Below, one piece after another: positions 32,576 to 41,766 of a stretch of 64,000 nt of DNA. The notes under the pieces were generated by a model. The model saw nothing but the letters and a program-made list of their open reading frames with translations, searched no databases and had not been told where the DNA came from. The DNA is from Rickettsiales bacterium (GTDB lineage Bacteria > Pseudomonadota > Alphaproteobacteria > Rickettsiales > JABSSG01). Location of the stretch: NCBI GenBank assembly GCA_047404135.1, contig JBDOIT010000002.1:102320-166319 (forward strand), given 5' to 3'. Position 1 is the first letter of the stretch; each line of letters starts with the position of its first letter. Position numbers and translations under genes: made by a program.

Positions 32576-34366
32576 TTGCTCATCTCCCATTATCACATCC
32601 TGAATTATTAGCTGAGGGTTTTCTCTATCCTGCCATTTATTGATATCAAGAGTAACAATCAAATGCATATTATCTTTTTGTGAAAGCAATAATTCTCCTA
32701 TCGCATTTTGCATTACTGAAAACGCTATACCTCTAACACCTCCGTTTGTATAAGAATTCTTCCCAGCTACAATCAAGCAGCTAATATGGCTATCTTTCAG
32801 AACTTTGGGGTACATAATGAATATATTTTTTATCATAAATTTTGGCTGAGCGTTACCACTGCCAAATGGACCCACACTCTCAATAGCCTTGATAAACGAC
32901 GTTTTAATAGAATTAACAGAAAGTATAGCATCATAGTAGGACACTGCATTATCTCTTATAGAGTTGTATTTCTCTTGAAATCTTGAAGATAAAAATTCTC
33001 TAAATTCTTCAATTTTATTTTCACGTATAGAGAAACCCGCAGCCATAGCGTGGCCTCCCCCTGCCTTTAGCAGGCCCTTTGATTTTGCATCAATCACAGC
33101 GGCACCAAAATCAATCCCCTCAATAGATCTACAAGATGCCTTTCCTTCTCCGCGGCATATAGAAATTACAGCGGTAGGTTTTCTATAAAATTCCTTTAAT
33201 CTCCCAGCGATAATACCAATTACCCCTTGATGCCAACCCTTCCTACTAACTAATATCAAAGGATCATTTGCACTACTATTAGAAGCCTGGTCTTTTGCTT
33301 CTTCCAACACAGACAGCTCTATTGCCTTCCTTTCACTATTATACATATCCAAAGAAGTTGCAATTGAGATAGATTCTTCGTAATCGTTAGACGTTAGAAG
33401 GTCTGCACCTAAGCTGGATTCTCCAACACGACCTCCAGCATTAATACGCGGACCTATAACAAAACCAAGGTGATATGCAGTTATCTCGCCATTAACCGAT
33501 ACAACATCCTGCAGAGCCTTTAACCCTATGTTACTTCGCGATTTCATTACCCTTAGACCCTGCTTCACAAAAGCTCTATTTAGCCCTACAAGAGGCACAA
33601 CATCACAAACTGTTCCAAGAGCTACTAGATCTAATAGCTCTATAAAATTTACATTTTTTGTTTCTAAACCACGAGACTTCAGTGTTGAGCATAGTGCCAA
33701 TGCAAATAAGAAGCTAACACCTACTGCTGCTAAATACCCGTATTCAGTATCATCATCTTCTCTATTAGGATTCACCAAAGCATCCGCTTTGGGAAAATCA
33801 CCAGAACATTTATGATGATCCAGAATGACTACATGCATATTTAGCTGTTTTGCTAGCAATATCTCTTCATGTGAACTACTTCCACAATCAACCGTTATCA
33901 GAACACAATAGCCTTGCTCATGAAGCTTCTTTATAGCCTCCTTATTTGGCCCGTACCCTTCCTTCACTCTATCAGGGATATATACCCCTACATCACATCC
34001 CAAATTTTTAAATATTTTCTTCAGAACAGCAGAGGAGGTAGCCCCATCTACATCATAGTCACCAAAAATTACAATCTTACTTTTATTGTCAATAGCTCCA
34101 ATTATAGTATCAACCGCCTGCCTCATATCTTTTAGAGAAAACGGGTCAGGTAAAAGATTTTTTAATTTGGGATTAAGATAATTTTTTGCGTCGCTAGGAG
34201 ATTTTATGGATTTTGAAAGAAGTTTCAATACCACGTCCGGAGCAGCAACCTGTTGTCTTAAGGATTCCACAAAACGGATATCATACGGTCTCTGAACCCA
34301 TTTGTTATTGCGTGCAGATTTAAGTATTTCTTGTTGATCTGAGTCTATTAACCCCTCTCCAGACAT
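32573..34366 (-). CDS. recJ: single-stranded-DNA-specific exonuclease RecJ
   Basis: 597 aa with DHH motifs (IFGDYDVDGATS, ITVDCG, ILDHH) and a DHHA1 GGGHAMAAG motif. Confidence 0.95.
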   Translation of the reverse strand: MSGEGLIDSDQQEILKSARNNKWVQRPYDIRFVESLRQQVAAPDVVLKLLSKSIKSPSDAKNYLNPKLKNLLPDPFSLKDMRQAVDTIIGAIDNKSKIVIFGDYDVDGATSSAVLKKIFKNLGCDVGVYIPDRVKEGYGPNKEAIKKLHEQGYCVLITVDCGSSSHEEILLAKQLNMHVVILDHHKCSGDFPKADALVNPNREDDDTEYGYLAAVGVSFLFALALCSTLKSRGLETKNVNFIELLDLVALGTVCDVVPLVGLNRAFVKQGLRVMKSRSNIGLKALQDVVSVNGEITAYHLGFVIGPRINAGGRVGESSLGADLLTSNDYEESISIATSLDMYNSERKAIELSVLEEAKDQASNSSANDPLILVSRKGWHQGVIGIIAGRLKEFYRKPTAVISICRGEGKASCRSIEGIDFGAAVIDAKSKGLLKAGGGHAMAAGFSIRENKIEEFREFLSSRFQEKYNSIRDNAVSYYDAILSVNSIKTSFIKAIESVGPFGSGNAQPKFMIKNIFIMYPKVLKDSHISCLIVAGKNSYTNGGVRGIAFSVMQNAIGELLLSQKDNMHLIVTLDINKWQDRENPQLIIQDVIMGDEQ

Positions 34367-34368
34367 AC

Positions 34369-35394
34369 CTATTCTATTGGATGAAGAGTTTTTATATAAC
34401 GTATAGTTTTATATTTCGAACTCATAGCCACTGAGTTGGTGAGCACATTCCTCCCTTCCTCAACTCTAATCCCATGAACCATATTACCATCTGTTACACC
34501 AGTAGCAGAAAACATTACATCTTCTCCTTTTGCCATATCTCTTACTAGATACTTCCTATTAAAGTCACTTATTCCAAGCAGCCTTGCTCGAGTTTTCTGA
34601 TCTTCATTATCAAATAAAAGCCTCCCCATCATCTGCCCACCTGTAGTAGATAAAGCTGCGGCAGCTAAAACACCCTCAGGAGCCCCGCCTATTCCAATAT
34701 ACATATCCGCATCACCTAAAGCAGTTCCTATCACAGCAGCAACATCTCCGTCATGTATTAGCTTTACTCTTGCACCAGCCTCTCTTACATTAGCTACCAA
34801 TTCCTCATGACGATCTCGCTGCAATATAATCACCATTAGATCTTCCACATCACAATTCTTTATTTTAGCAAGATTTATAAGATTAGATTTTGGGGAATTA
34901 TCTAAATCTACTATCTGCTCTTTATATTTTATTCCTACAGCTATTTTTTCCATATATACATCCGGCGCGTTTAACAGCCCCCCATCTTCTGTCATTGCGA
35001 TAACAGATAATGAGTTTTCACCGGCTGTAGCACAAATCGTCGTTCCCTCTAAAGGGTCAAGCGCAATATCAACCTTTGGACCATGTCCAGTGCCAACCTT
35101 CTCACCAACATAAAGCATTGGAGCCTTATCTCTTTCTCCCTCTCCTATAACAATAGTGCCGTCTATATTCATCTTGCCAAGGGATCTTCTCATCGCATCT
35201 ACAGCTGCCTGATCTGCAGCCTTTTCATCTCCCCTGCCAATCAGTCTTGCCGCACTAATAGCAGCCGCTTCTGTAACACGCACAGCGTCTATTACGATGT
35301 TACTGTCCAACACTTCTTTTGACGCATACTTGCTTTTTATAAATCCCGTTCTTAAAGGCTCTCTATCTATAACATCATCCATATAAGGTCCCAA
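34369..35394 (-). CDS. glpX: class II fructose-1,6-bisphosphatase (GlpX)
   Basis: 341 aa with RVTEAAA, GRGDEKAADQAAVDAMR and DPLEGTT motifs. An alternative start lies at 35382 (MDDVID...). Confidence 0.92.
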   Translation of the reverse strand: MGPYMDDVIDREPLRTGFIKSKYASKEVLDSNIVIDAVRVTEAAAISAARLIGRGDEKAADQAAVDAMRRSLGKMNIDGTIVIGEGERDKAPMLYVGEKVGTGHGPKVDIALDPLEGTTICATAGENSLSVIAMTEDGGLLNAPDVYMEKIAVGIKYKEQIVDLDNSPKSNLINLAKIKNCDVEDLMVIILQRDRHEELVANVREAGARVKLIHDGDVAAVIGTALGDADMYIGIGGAPEGVLAAAALSTTGGQMMGRLLFDNEDQKTRARLLGISDFNRKYLVRDMAKGEDVMFSATGVTDGNMVHGIRVEEGRNVLTNSVAMSSKYKTIRYIKTLHPIE

Positions 35395-35425
35395 CTAAAA
35401 GTTATACCTGATTTGTAGTGCAGTT

Positions 35426-36253
35426 TTATTTAAAAGGCAATGGTATTGGTCTACTTTCTACATCATATGTATCAAAAGCACCTTTACTACGATCTTCTTT
35501 CGTAGGATGAGGGTCAGCAATCTTTGACTCTAATTTTGATGAACTACCACTTAATTTCTTAGGTAGTGATACGGAAGCCTTGGGCTTTAATTTCACCAAA
35601 TTACTACTTTTCTTTTTAGAAATATCTTGTTCTAAATAAGCAATATCCTTCTCCAATTCAAGTCCAGACGGAAGATTATTATGTTTTGGCCATTCTATGG
35701 GATCATATTTTGGCTTTTTAGAATCTCCCTCTACATAGGTAGGTTTCTTACTAACATCCTTCAACTTGTGAGTCTTTGATGACTTTAAAATATTCACCTC
35801 TTTCTTTGAGCGCTCTTTGTGCTTTAGTGGAGCTGTAGAGTTATCAGAATCTACATTATGATCTTTCTTAGGCCTTATCTTAACTATTTTGTTCTTCTCT
35901 TCATTTTTCACTTCTTGTACTTTTTGTGGGTGATGCACTGGCTTTTTAGGAATCTTTCTATATATCTTCGCAGGTTTCTTTTTCTTAGCTTTTTTAGGGG
36001 TAGGATGAAAAACCCCTGTTGCTTTCTTTTCCTTAAAATAATTCACGGGTATTTGATTAGCATTAAATGTATAATAATTCTCATCTGATTTATTATAATG
36101 CGAAGAGCTCTCATCGACTTTTTTGTCTTTGCCCATATATTGCTTGTTTATCACAGGAACCCTTCTATTCGACAAGCTAGCCCCCCCTTTGCACCCAGAA
36201 AGGGGCAAAAACATTACAAGAACTGAAGCTATGAAATAATTTCTAAATTTCAT
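35426..36253 (-). CDS. hypothetical lysine-rich lipoprotein
   Basis: 275 aa with a signal peptide and lipobox (LPLSGC). The mature part is extremely K/P-rich and low in complexity. Confidence 0.65.
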   Translation of the reverse strand: MKFRNYFIASVLVMFLPLSGCKGGASLSNRRVPVINKQYMGKDKKVDESSSHYNKSDENYYTFNANQIPVNYFKEKKATGVFHPTPKKAKKKKPAKIYRKIPKKPVHHPQKVQEVKNEEKNKIVKIRPKKDHNVDSDNSTAPLKHKERSKKEVNILKSSKTHKLKDVSKKPTYVEGDSKKPKYDPIEWPKHNNLPSGLELEKDIAYLEQDISKKKSSNLVKLKPKASVSLPKKLSGSSSKLESKIADPHPTKEDRSKGAFDTYDVESRPIPLPFK

Positions 36254-36276
36254 TTATCGTATAAAAATTGCTATAA

Positions 36277-37362
36277 TTAGAGCTCGTGCTCTGCACAATA
36301 CCTCTCTATTAATTCTAGCATGTTTTTATTAGAATCAATAAACAATGATCGCGCATTAGCAGATGCTTTTGATAAAACATCTGGTTTTGATAACAAATAT
36401 GTCAGCTTTTCAGAAAGTTTCTTAGCGGAAAAATTCTTCTCCTCGATAATCCACCCACCTTTATTGCTTTCTAGTATTTTTGCATTTAAAAATTGATGGT
36501 TATGGTTAGAGATTGATATGGGAATCAACACAGACGGCCTCCCAGATGCAATTAACTCAGACACTGTAGAGGCTCCTGACCTGCATATTATCAAGTTAGC
36601 CTTGGAAATTCTCTTATCGATATCAAGGAAGAATTTTGATATCTCCGCCTTCACCTTTATACCTGAATACAGCATCCGCACAGACTCAAGGTCTTCATCC
36701 CTACATTGTTGTACTACGGATAATCTGGATTTCATCAAAGGCTTCATTCTCTTTATCGCCTCCGGAACTACTTTACTCAACACCTTAGCTCCTTGGCTAC
36801 CCCCCAATATAAGAATATTAAAATCATCCTTATCTTTGATCTTTGGGTATTTTTTTCTTCCGATATCCGATATCAATGGATCCACAGGATTCCCAACCAC
36901 ATGCACCTTATTTTTATCTGCTTTCTTCAAACCTTTAACAGAATCATATGGCACAGATATTATATCCGCCCATCTCATAAAAACCCTGTGAGCTTTTCCT
37001 ATTGCCGAATTCTGCTCGTGTATCATAAGAGGCTTCCTAAGCAATATTGCAGCTGCCATTGTTGGGAATGACGGGTAACCCCCAAAACTAATAATCATCT
37101 GAGGTTTGTAGGCTATAATATGGAAAACAGCAAAATAAATCCCTAATATAACCTGAAAAACATCTGAAATTTGACTCAAAGTTCCGGTAGGTATAATTTT
37201 ATATTTTAATATTTTGGGAATTTTTTCTTTAAAATTTAAAAATCTTTTATCTGCTATCACAAGACATTCGTAACCACCTTTCCTTAGTGCTTCCTCCAAA
37301 GATAGCGCAGGAAATATATGACCCCCAGTGCCTCCAGTCGCTATGATTAATCTCTTTCCCAT
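36277..37362 (-). CDS. murG: undecaprenyldiphospho-muramoylpentapeptide beta-N-acetylglucosaminyltransferase
   Basis: 361 aa with the GGTGGHIFPAL motif and a C-terminal glycosyltransferase-28 domain. Lies directly downstream of ftsW. Confidence 0.94.
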   Translation of the reverse strand: MGKRLIIATGGTGGHIFPALSLEEALRKGGYECLVIADKRFLNFKEKIPKILKYKIIPTGTLSQISDVFQVILGIYFAVFHIIAYKPQMIISFGGYPSFPTMAAAILLRKPLMIHEQNSAIGKAHRVFMRWADIISVPYDSVKGLKKADKNKVHVVGNPVDPLISDIGRKKYPKIKDKDDFNILILGGSQGAKVLSKVVPEAIKRMKPLMKSRLSVVQQCRDEDLESVRMLYSGIKVKAEISKFFLDIDKRISKANLIICRSGASTVSELIASGRPSVLIPISISNHNHQFLNAKILESNKGGWIIEEKNFSAKKLSEKLTYLLSKPDVLSKASANARSLFIDSNKNMLELIERYCAEHEL

Positions 37363-37363
37363 A

Positions 37364-38533
37364 TTACCTCTTATTAATCCTATAGTCCCTTGTAGGAAGC
37401 GCTATAGTATCGTACCTATCCCTACTAAATGCCAACATGATTCCAAGGAGCATAGCTACAGATAAAGCGGATGACCCACCATAACTAATAAAAGGAAGAG
37501 TCATTCCTTTTGTTGGAAAAAGGTGCAAGCTCACCCCCATATTGAACACAGATTGCAACCCAATTTGTATTAATATCCCTGAAATTGCAAGAATATGAAA
37601 ATTGTTAGAAATATTCTTCATTATATATAGTCCCCTAACTATTAACAAAGCATATATTAGCACAAGAAACAGACACATAACAAACCCTAGTTCCTCACCA
37701 ATTACAGCAAATATAAAGTCAGTATGGGAATCAGGAAGCTGGTGTTTCACGACACCCTCACCTAGACCCTCTCCGTAAAATCCACCTTTTTTAAAAGCTT
37801 CTATTGATTTTCTAACCTGATAATTTTCAAACCCATCTGGATTCAAAAAACTGTCAATTCTACGTTGCACGTGAGGAAAGAATATATACCCTAAAGCAAC
37901 TGTAATAACACAAAAGATAGATAAAACAAAAAACCACATAAAAGACAAACCTGATATAAATAATTGCCCTATCCAAATCGTAGAGACTGTCATGGCCATT
38001 CCAAAATCCGGCTGCAACAATAGAAGGGCCATTACTGCTAAATATACAAAAAGAGAAGCTCTAAATGACGGAAATGTCTTATCTTCAAATTTTATAGAAA
38101 GAATCCAAGCAGTAATGACAATAAAGAATGGCTTTACAAATTCAGATGGCTGAATGGAAAACCCCAGTATTTGTATCCACCTCTTAGCTCCCTTTATCTG
38201 ATGACCAAATATCAACACAACTATCATTGCAATAATACATAGACAAAACCCAACAAGAGCGAGTCTTCGTATATTGTCAGCAGACAAGAAGGAAATCCCT
38301 ACCATGCTAATCATTCCTAATATCAGAAAAAATATCTGCCTTTTCATAAAGTAAAATGGCTCTACTCCAATCCTATAAGCTATTGCAGGACTTGCTGTTG
38401 TAATAATGACTATACTAAATGTCACTATGATTAATATTATGCTCACAGAGATCCTGTCTACAGAGTTCCACCATATCTGTAGATTGTTTTTTCTTAAATT
38501 TGGATCTCTAAATAAAGATTTATAGTTTAACAC
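37364..38533 (-). CDS. ftsW: peptidoglycan glycosyltransferase FtsW (SEDS family)
   Basis: 389-aa polytopic protein with QPSEF.K, LLQPDFG, LPDSHTDFIF and PFISYGGSS motifs. The apparent start is GTG. Confidence 0.93.
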   Translation of the reverse strand: MLNYKSLFRDPNLRKNNLQIWWNSVDRISVSIILIIVTFSIVIITTASPAIAYRIGVEPFYFMKRQIFFLILGMISMVGISFLSADNIRRLALVGFCLCIIAMIVVLIFGHQIKGAKRWIQILGFSIQPSEFVKPFFIVITAWILSIKFEDKTFPSFRASLFVYLAVMALLLLQPDFGMAMTVSTIWIGQLFISGLSFMWFFVLSIFCVITVALGYIFFPHVQRRIDSFLNPDGFENYQVRKSIEAFKKGGFYGEGLGEGVVKHQLPDSHTDFIFAVIGEELGFVMCLFLVLIYALLIVRGLYIMKNISNNFHILAISGILIQIGLQSVFNMGVSLHLFPTKGMTLPFISYGGSSALSVAMLLGIMLAFSRDRYDTIALPTRDYRINKR

Positions 38534-38618
38534 TCAAGTTCTTGATGCATCACTGTTATTAATCTGATACCATAATATTTGTAATTCAACAATCTTTTCG
38601 TGAGGCCAGTGAGAAGAT

Positions 38619-39050
38619 ATGAAAAAATTTAGCGTTCCTTGTGATTTTGATGGCGTAAAATCACCCTTTACAGTCTACGTTGGATCCGTAAGGGCGGACC
38701 ACCACCCTTTGCACTTTCAAGCAGATTGGCTTTCCAAAGAAAGAGGTGGCACTGTCCCACAAGAAGTAATGGAAAGCCTCTCAAAACTTCAGGAACTAGC
38801 CAAAAAAAATAATACAAGTTTTGAAGATCTATGCGTCTACGCACTAGGTGCAGCACAAGATGACGATGAAGATGAAGATGTCCCATCTGTGCCAGAAGAA
38901 AATTCCGATGACGCAGAATTAGATGACTCAATAGAAGAAGAACCCGAAGAAGGCACAGAAGAAGAACCCGAAGAAGGCACAGAAGAAGAACCCGAAGAAC
39001 AGCTAAAAGAGCTCGAAGAAGAAACAAAGAACAGAGATACAGAAAAATAG
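38619..39050 (+). CDS. small conserved protein with acidic repeat tail (DUF2610-like by recollection)
   Basis: 143 aa. The N-terminal 75 aa (MKKFSVPCDFDGVKSPFTVYVG...HPLHFQADWLSKERGGTVPQEVMESL..L..A..NN.SFEDLCVYALG) resembles the small DUF2610-type proteins I recall from Rickettsiales and other proteobacteria. The C-terminal half is poly-acidic. Confidence 0.6.
   Translation: MKKFSVPCDFDGVKSPFTVYVGSVRADHHPLHFQADWLSKERGGTVPQEVMESLSKLQELAKKNNTSFEDLCVYALGAAQDDDEDEDVPSVPEENSDDAELDDSIEEEPEEGTEEEPEEGTEEEPEEQLKELEEETKNRDTEK
38934..38999 (+). repeat. in-frame 24-bp tandem repeat (about 2.75 copies) encoding EEEPEEGT units
   Basis: GAAGAAGAACCCGAAGAAGGCACA occurs at 38934 and 38958, with a partial third copy from 38982. 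Confidence 0.9.
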
Positions 39051-39125
39051 TCGTCCTAAATATTAACCATTTCTTAACTATAAAAGCAATATAATGAGCA
39101 ATGTAATATATTGTGGTTATTTGAT

Positions 39126-41465
39126 ATGGCTTTTTGGGTTCCTTATTCAGACTTTAAAATTGGCGTCGAAAAAAAAGACATACTGGAGTATATCGAGAAA
39201 GTAAGAGAAAATAACCTTCCAATTTCTCCTCAGAAGGAATCTGAGCATCGCACAAAGGATGCTGTCCAACAAAGCTTTTCCTACTTCATCAAGGCAAAAA
39301 TGAAACTAGCTTACTACCAGGACGCAGATATAGAGATTGGTTTCAAAAGCAAGAAAGCAGCGATAAAAGAAACACAGGAAACAGAAGAAGAATATAAAGG
39401 GGTGATAGATCAAGAAGACTCTATAGACCTTACTGGAGTAGATATTTCGGGTCTAGATTTTGAAGGAGTAACCTTTAACTCCACTAATTTAAATGGCGTG
39501 AATTTTGATGGGACATTATTACATAATTCTTCTATTTTTTATACCGACTTAAGCGGATCAAAAACTATCACAAAAGCAATTGTTAACGATAGAACGGGAT
39601 TCTCTGACGGAGGACTCTCAGAGGAACAAAGAGGTCAACTAGTAAAGAAATCTAAAACCGAAAAATATCTAAGGGATGCAACTAAGGAAGATAAAATGAG
39701 ATTCGCTTCCTTAATGGATGATTCAAAAAAAGCACTAGGCTCAATTGACGACCCAAGCACTGTTGCAACAGCTTTAGACGTTGCAAAAGCTTTTATCCTC
39801 TCAATTAATCCTAGGGTGTCTGCAGACCAGCATTTTACATCCCCAGATCAAGCTTTTGATGTTTTACGATATCATTACTTAAAAACAGGAGATGAAACAC
39901 TTTTAAGTGCAGTGGAAAAAACTTCAAAAAAATATATTTCTACAGAAATAGAGTCCGCACTTAAGGGTGTAGCACTGCACTCATCTGGAGTCTCCGATTT
40001 GCTCTTCACTTCTAAATCATCAACTTATGCGAAAAGGATAAAACAAATCATATCTGATACTATCGAAGGAGAAATTCAACAAGATGAATTCTTAAAAAAA
40101 CATTTTCTAATAGGAAAAAGAGAAATTAGAAGGACTTTAATGGGAAGAATCCTTACTGAGAGTTTTATTGGCGAGGTTGTAAAAAAAGTAGACGAACTTT
40201 CTGCCCAAGGAAATTCTGCAGAGGCCACAAAGTACAAAGGAAGACTAGAGCAAATAATTGTTGAACACACAAAAAGAGAAACAAATGAATGGAAAGAATC
40301 TCAAACTATGGGAAAAGAAAAATGGGCTGATCTTACGTCTTTAAGCGCAAGAAAAAAATTCAAGACTCACGTTGGGATCCGTCCAGATGCAGGCGGTTTT
40401 GTTACAAGGCAGTTGCCTGATTGGTGCTCTCCTCTTCAGCCAAGCTCTTATCCAGCCATTGATCCTTATGATCAAAAAGCAGTACTCAAAGATTTAGCCT
40501 TAAAACAAGATGGAGCAAAGTTTCTAGCAAAGATAGGAAGCGCCGGTGCTGGTGCTAGTGCCGGAGCGTTATTATCAGCATTTACATCAACAGGAAGGGT
40601 AGCAAGCGCAACAGCCGGTGTGGCTGTTGCAGGATTGTCATCTATGTTTTCAGGTGCAGTCATTGATGCACAGTTCAAATATAAAGATCATAAAAAATAT
40701 AACAATAAAATGGGAGATAAGCTATTAGAATTGGGAGTAATCTACAGAACCATGAAGCCACATATAGAAACATTAGGCGTAGGTGCAGTAAATAATATCG
40801 CTCTAAAATATATGGGAGGTACAGGATACGTACAAGAAACCGCATCAACATTTCAAAACTTACTATCTACTGCTTCCACATACATTGCCTACCGTGATTT
40901 CTACGCTACAAAAGATTTGCTAGCCAATCAATCAACCAAATTAAACCCATTAGATAGAAAAAGACCGGGGTCTCAAGAATTTGATCAACTCCTAAAAAAG
41001 AAATTATTCAGCAAAAGGAAACTTGTTACATCCTTGATTGTTGGTTCAGCATTGCTTGTTGCTGGAATAGTACTAGCAACTGCCTTCCCAGCTGCAATTC
41101 CTGCACTTACAGCCTTTGTAGCAAAAGGGGTATCCCTACAAGTGGGTGCTGTAGCTGTTGGATCTTTTGCTGCAACTGCAGGACTGACATATATGTCTTA
41201 TGGAGTAGTCTCAAAAGGTTTAGAGAGCATAAAGAATTTCATAAAAAGCAGGTCATCCAAAGCAAGATTATCTGCACAAGGAGAAGAGATCATGTCAGGT
41301 AAAATAAAAGCCTCCGATACAATCGGAAGATCTTTTCGTCAATATAAGCTAAGAAAAAGCAGAGAAGAAAGGAGCAAGGAACCTAAACACACCACAATAA
41401 GCCATGTGGTCCGTCTCAAAAAAGAGCGCGGAGGATCTACAAGCGCAAGAAAAATAGGCAAATAG
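39126..41465 (+). CDS. large hypothetical membrane protein with N-terminal pentapeptide repeats, Gly/Ala-rich hydrophobic segments and a basic C-terminal tail
   Basis: About 779 aa from ATG 39126; the ORF track starts at TTG 39111. Pentapeptide-type repeats (DLTGVDISGLDFEGVTFNSTNLNGVNFDGTLLHNSSIFYTDLSG) lie at nt ~39423-39560. Hydrophobic G/A-rich blocks lie at nt ~40527-40675 and ~41022-41212. The last ~80 aa are rich in K/R. Confidence 0.75.
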   Translation: MAFWVPYSDFKIGVEKKDILEYIEKVRENNLPISPQKESEHRTKDAVQQSFSYFIKAKMKLAYYQDADIEIGFKSKKAAIKETQETEEEYKGVIDQEDSIDLTGVDISGLDFEGVTFNSTNLNGVNFDGTLLHNSSIFYTDLSGSKTITKAIVNDRTGFSDGGLSEEQRGQLVKKSKTEKYLRDATKEDKMRFASLMDDSKKALGSIDDPSTVATALDVAKAFILSINPRVSADQHFTSPDQAFDVLRYHYLKTGDETLLSAVEKTSKKYISTEIESALKGVALHSSGVSDLLFTSKSSTYAKRIKQIISDTIEGEIQQDEFLKKHFLIGKREIRRTLMGRILTESFIGEVVKKVDELSAQGNSAEATKYKGRLEQIIVEHTKRETNEWKESQTMGKEKWADLTSLSARKKFKTHVGIRPDAGGFVTRQLPDWCSPLQPSSYPAIDPYDQKAVLKDLALKQDGAKFLAKIGSAGAGASAGALLSAFTSTGRVASATAGVAVAGLSSMFSGAVIDAQFKYKDHKKYNNKMGDKLLELGVIYRTMKPHIETLGVGAVNNIALKYMGGTGYVQETASTFQNLLSTASTYIAYRDFYATKDLLANQSTKLNPLDRKRPGSQEFDQLLKKKLFSKRKLVTSLIVGSALLVAGIVLATAFPAAIPALTAFVAKGVSLQVGAVAVGSFAATAGLTYMSYGVVSKGLESIKNFIKSRSSKARLSAQGEEIMSGKIKASDTIGRSFRQYKLRKSREERSKEPKHTTISHVVRLKKERGGSTSARKIGK

Positions 41466-41587
41466 TCTGATTTTTCTATTGTAGCAAGCGCTAAAAAGCT
41501 AAAGAAATATGTCGTTTTACCCTTGACATATCAAAACTATAGTGTAACTTACACTGGCTCAGCATTAAAATATACAGAGATATATAG

Positions 41588-41755
41588 ATGGCAAAGAAAA
41601 ATACTATTTTAGTAAAATTGGTTAGTACTGCAAAAACAGGATTCTTTTTGGTTAAAAAAAGGAACCCAAAAAAGCTTACAACAAAACTAAGTTTTAGGAA
41701 ATACGATCCTGTTGTGCGCAAGCATGTTGAGTTTAAAGAAGAGAAATTAAAATAA
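41588..41755 (+). CDS. rpmG: 50S ribosomal protein L33
   Basis: Hand translation gives [55 protein letters not shown] (55 aa), the classic L33 pattern. It is below the ORF-track size cut-off. The 76-aa minus-strand ORF listed over this region is spurious. Confidence 0.9.
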   Translation: MAKKNTILVKLVSTAKTGFFLVKKRNPKKLTTKLSFRKYDPVVRKHVEFKEEKLK

Positions 41756-41766
41756 ATTGTAATTCT

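Noticed and set aside
36518-36991. A 157-aa plus-strand ORF antisense to murG. Similar shadow ORFs occur at 22114-22551 (antisense lpxI), 14133-14501 (antisense cdsA/dxr), 22947-23336 (antisense yciB), 43541-43927 (antisense gltX) and 30244-30606 (antisense hemB).
   Set aside because: All are embedded in confidently identified genes on the opposite strand. In an AT-rich genome with few stops in one antisense frame these are expected shadow ORFs.
38668-39027. A 119-aa minus-strand ORF with LLRVLLLC repeats.
   Set aside because: It is the antisense reading of the GAA-rich acidic tandem repeat in the 38619-39050 gene. The sense frame has a conserved-looking N-terminal domain.
41515-41560. A TTGACA hexamer upstream of rpmG, considered as a promoter.
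   Set aside because: The best downstream -10 candidates (TATAGT at 9-nt spacing, TAACTT at 16 nt) are mis-spaced or weak, which is too uncertain to list as a feature.
41491-41721. A 76-aa minus-strand ORF listed in the ORF track.
   Set aside because: It overlaps the plus-strand 55-aa ORF, which is an unmistakable ribosomal protein L33. The minus-strand product is a low-complexity hydrophobic artefact.
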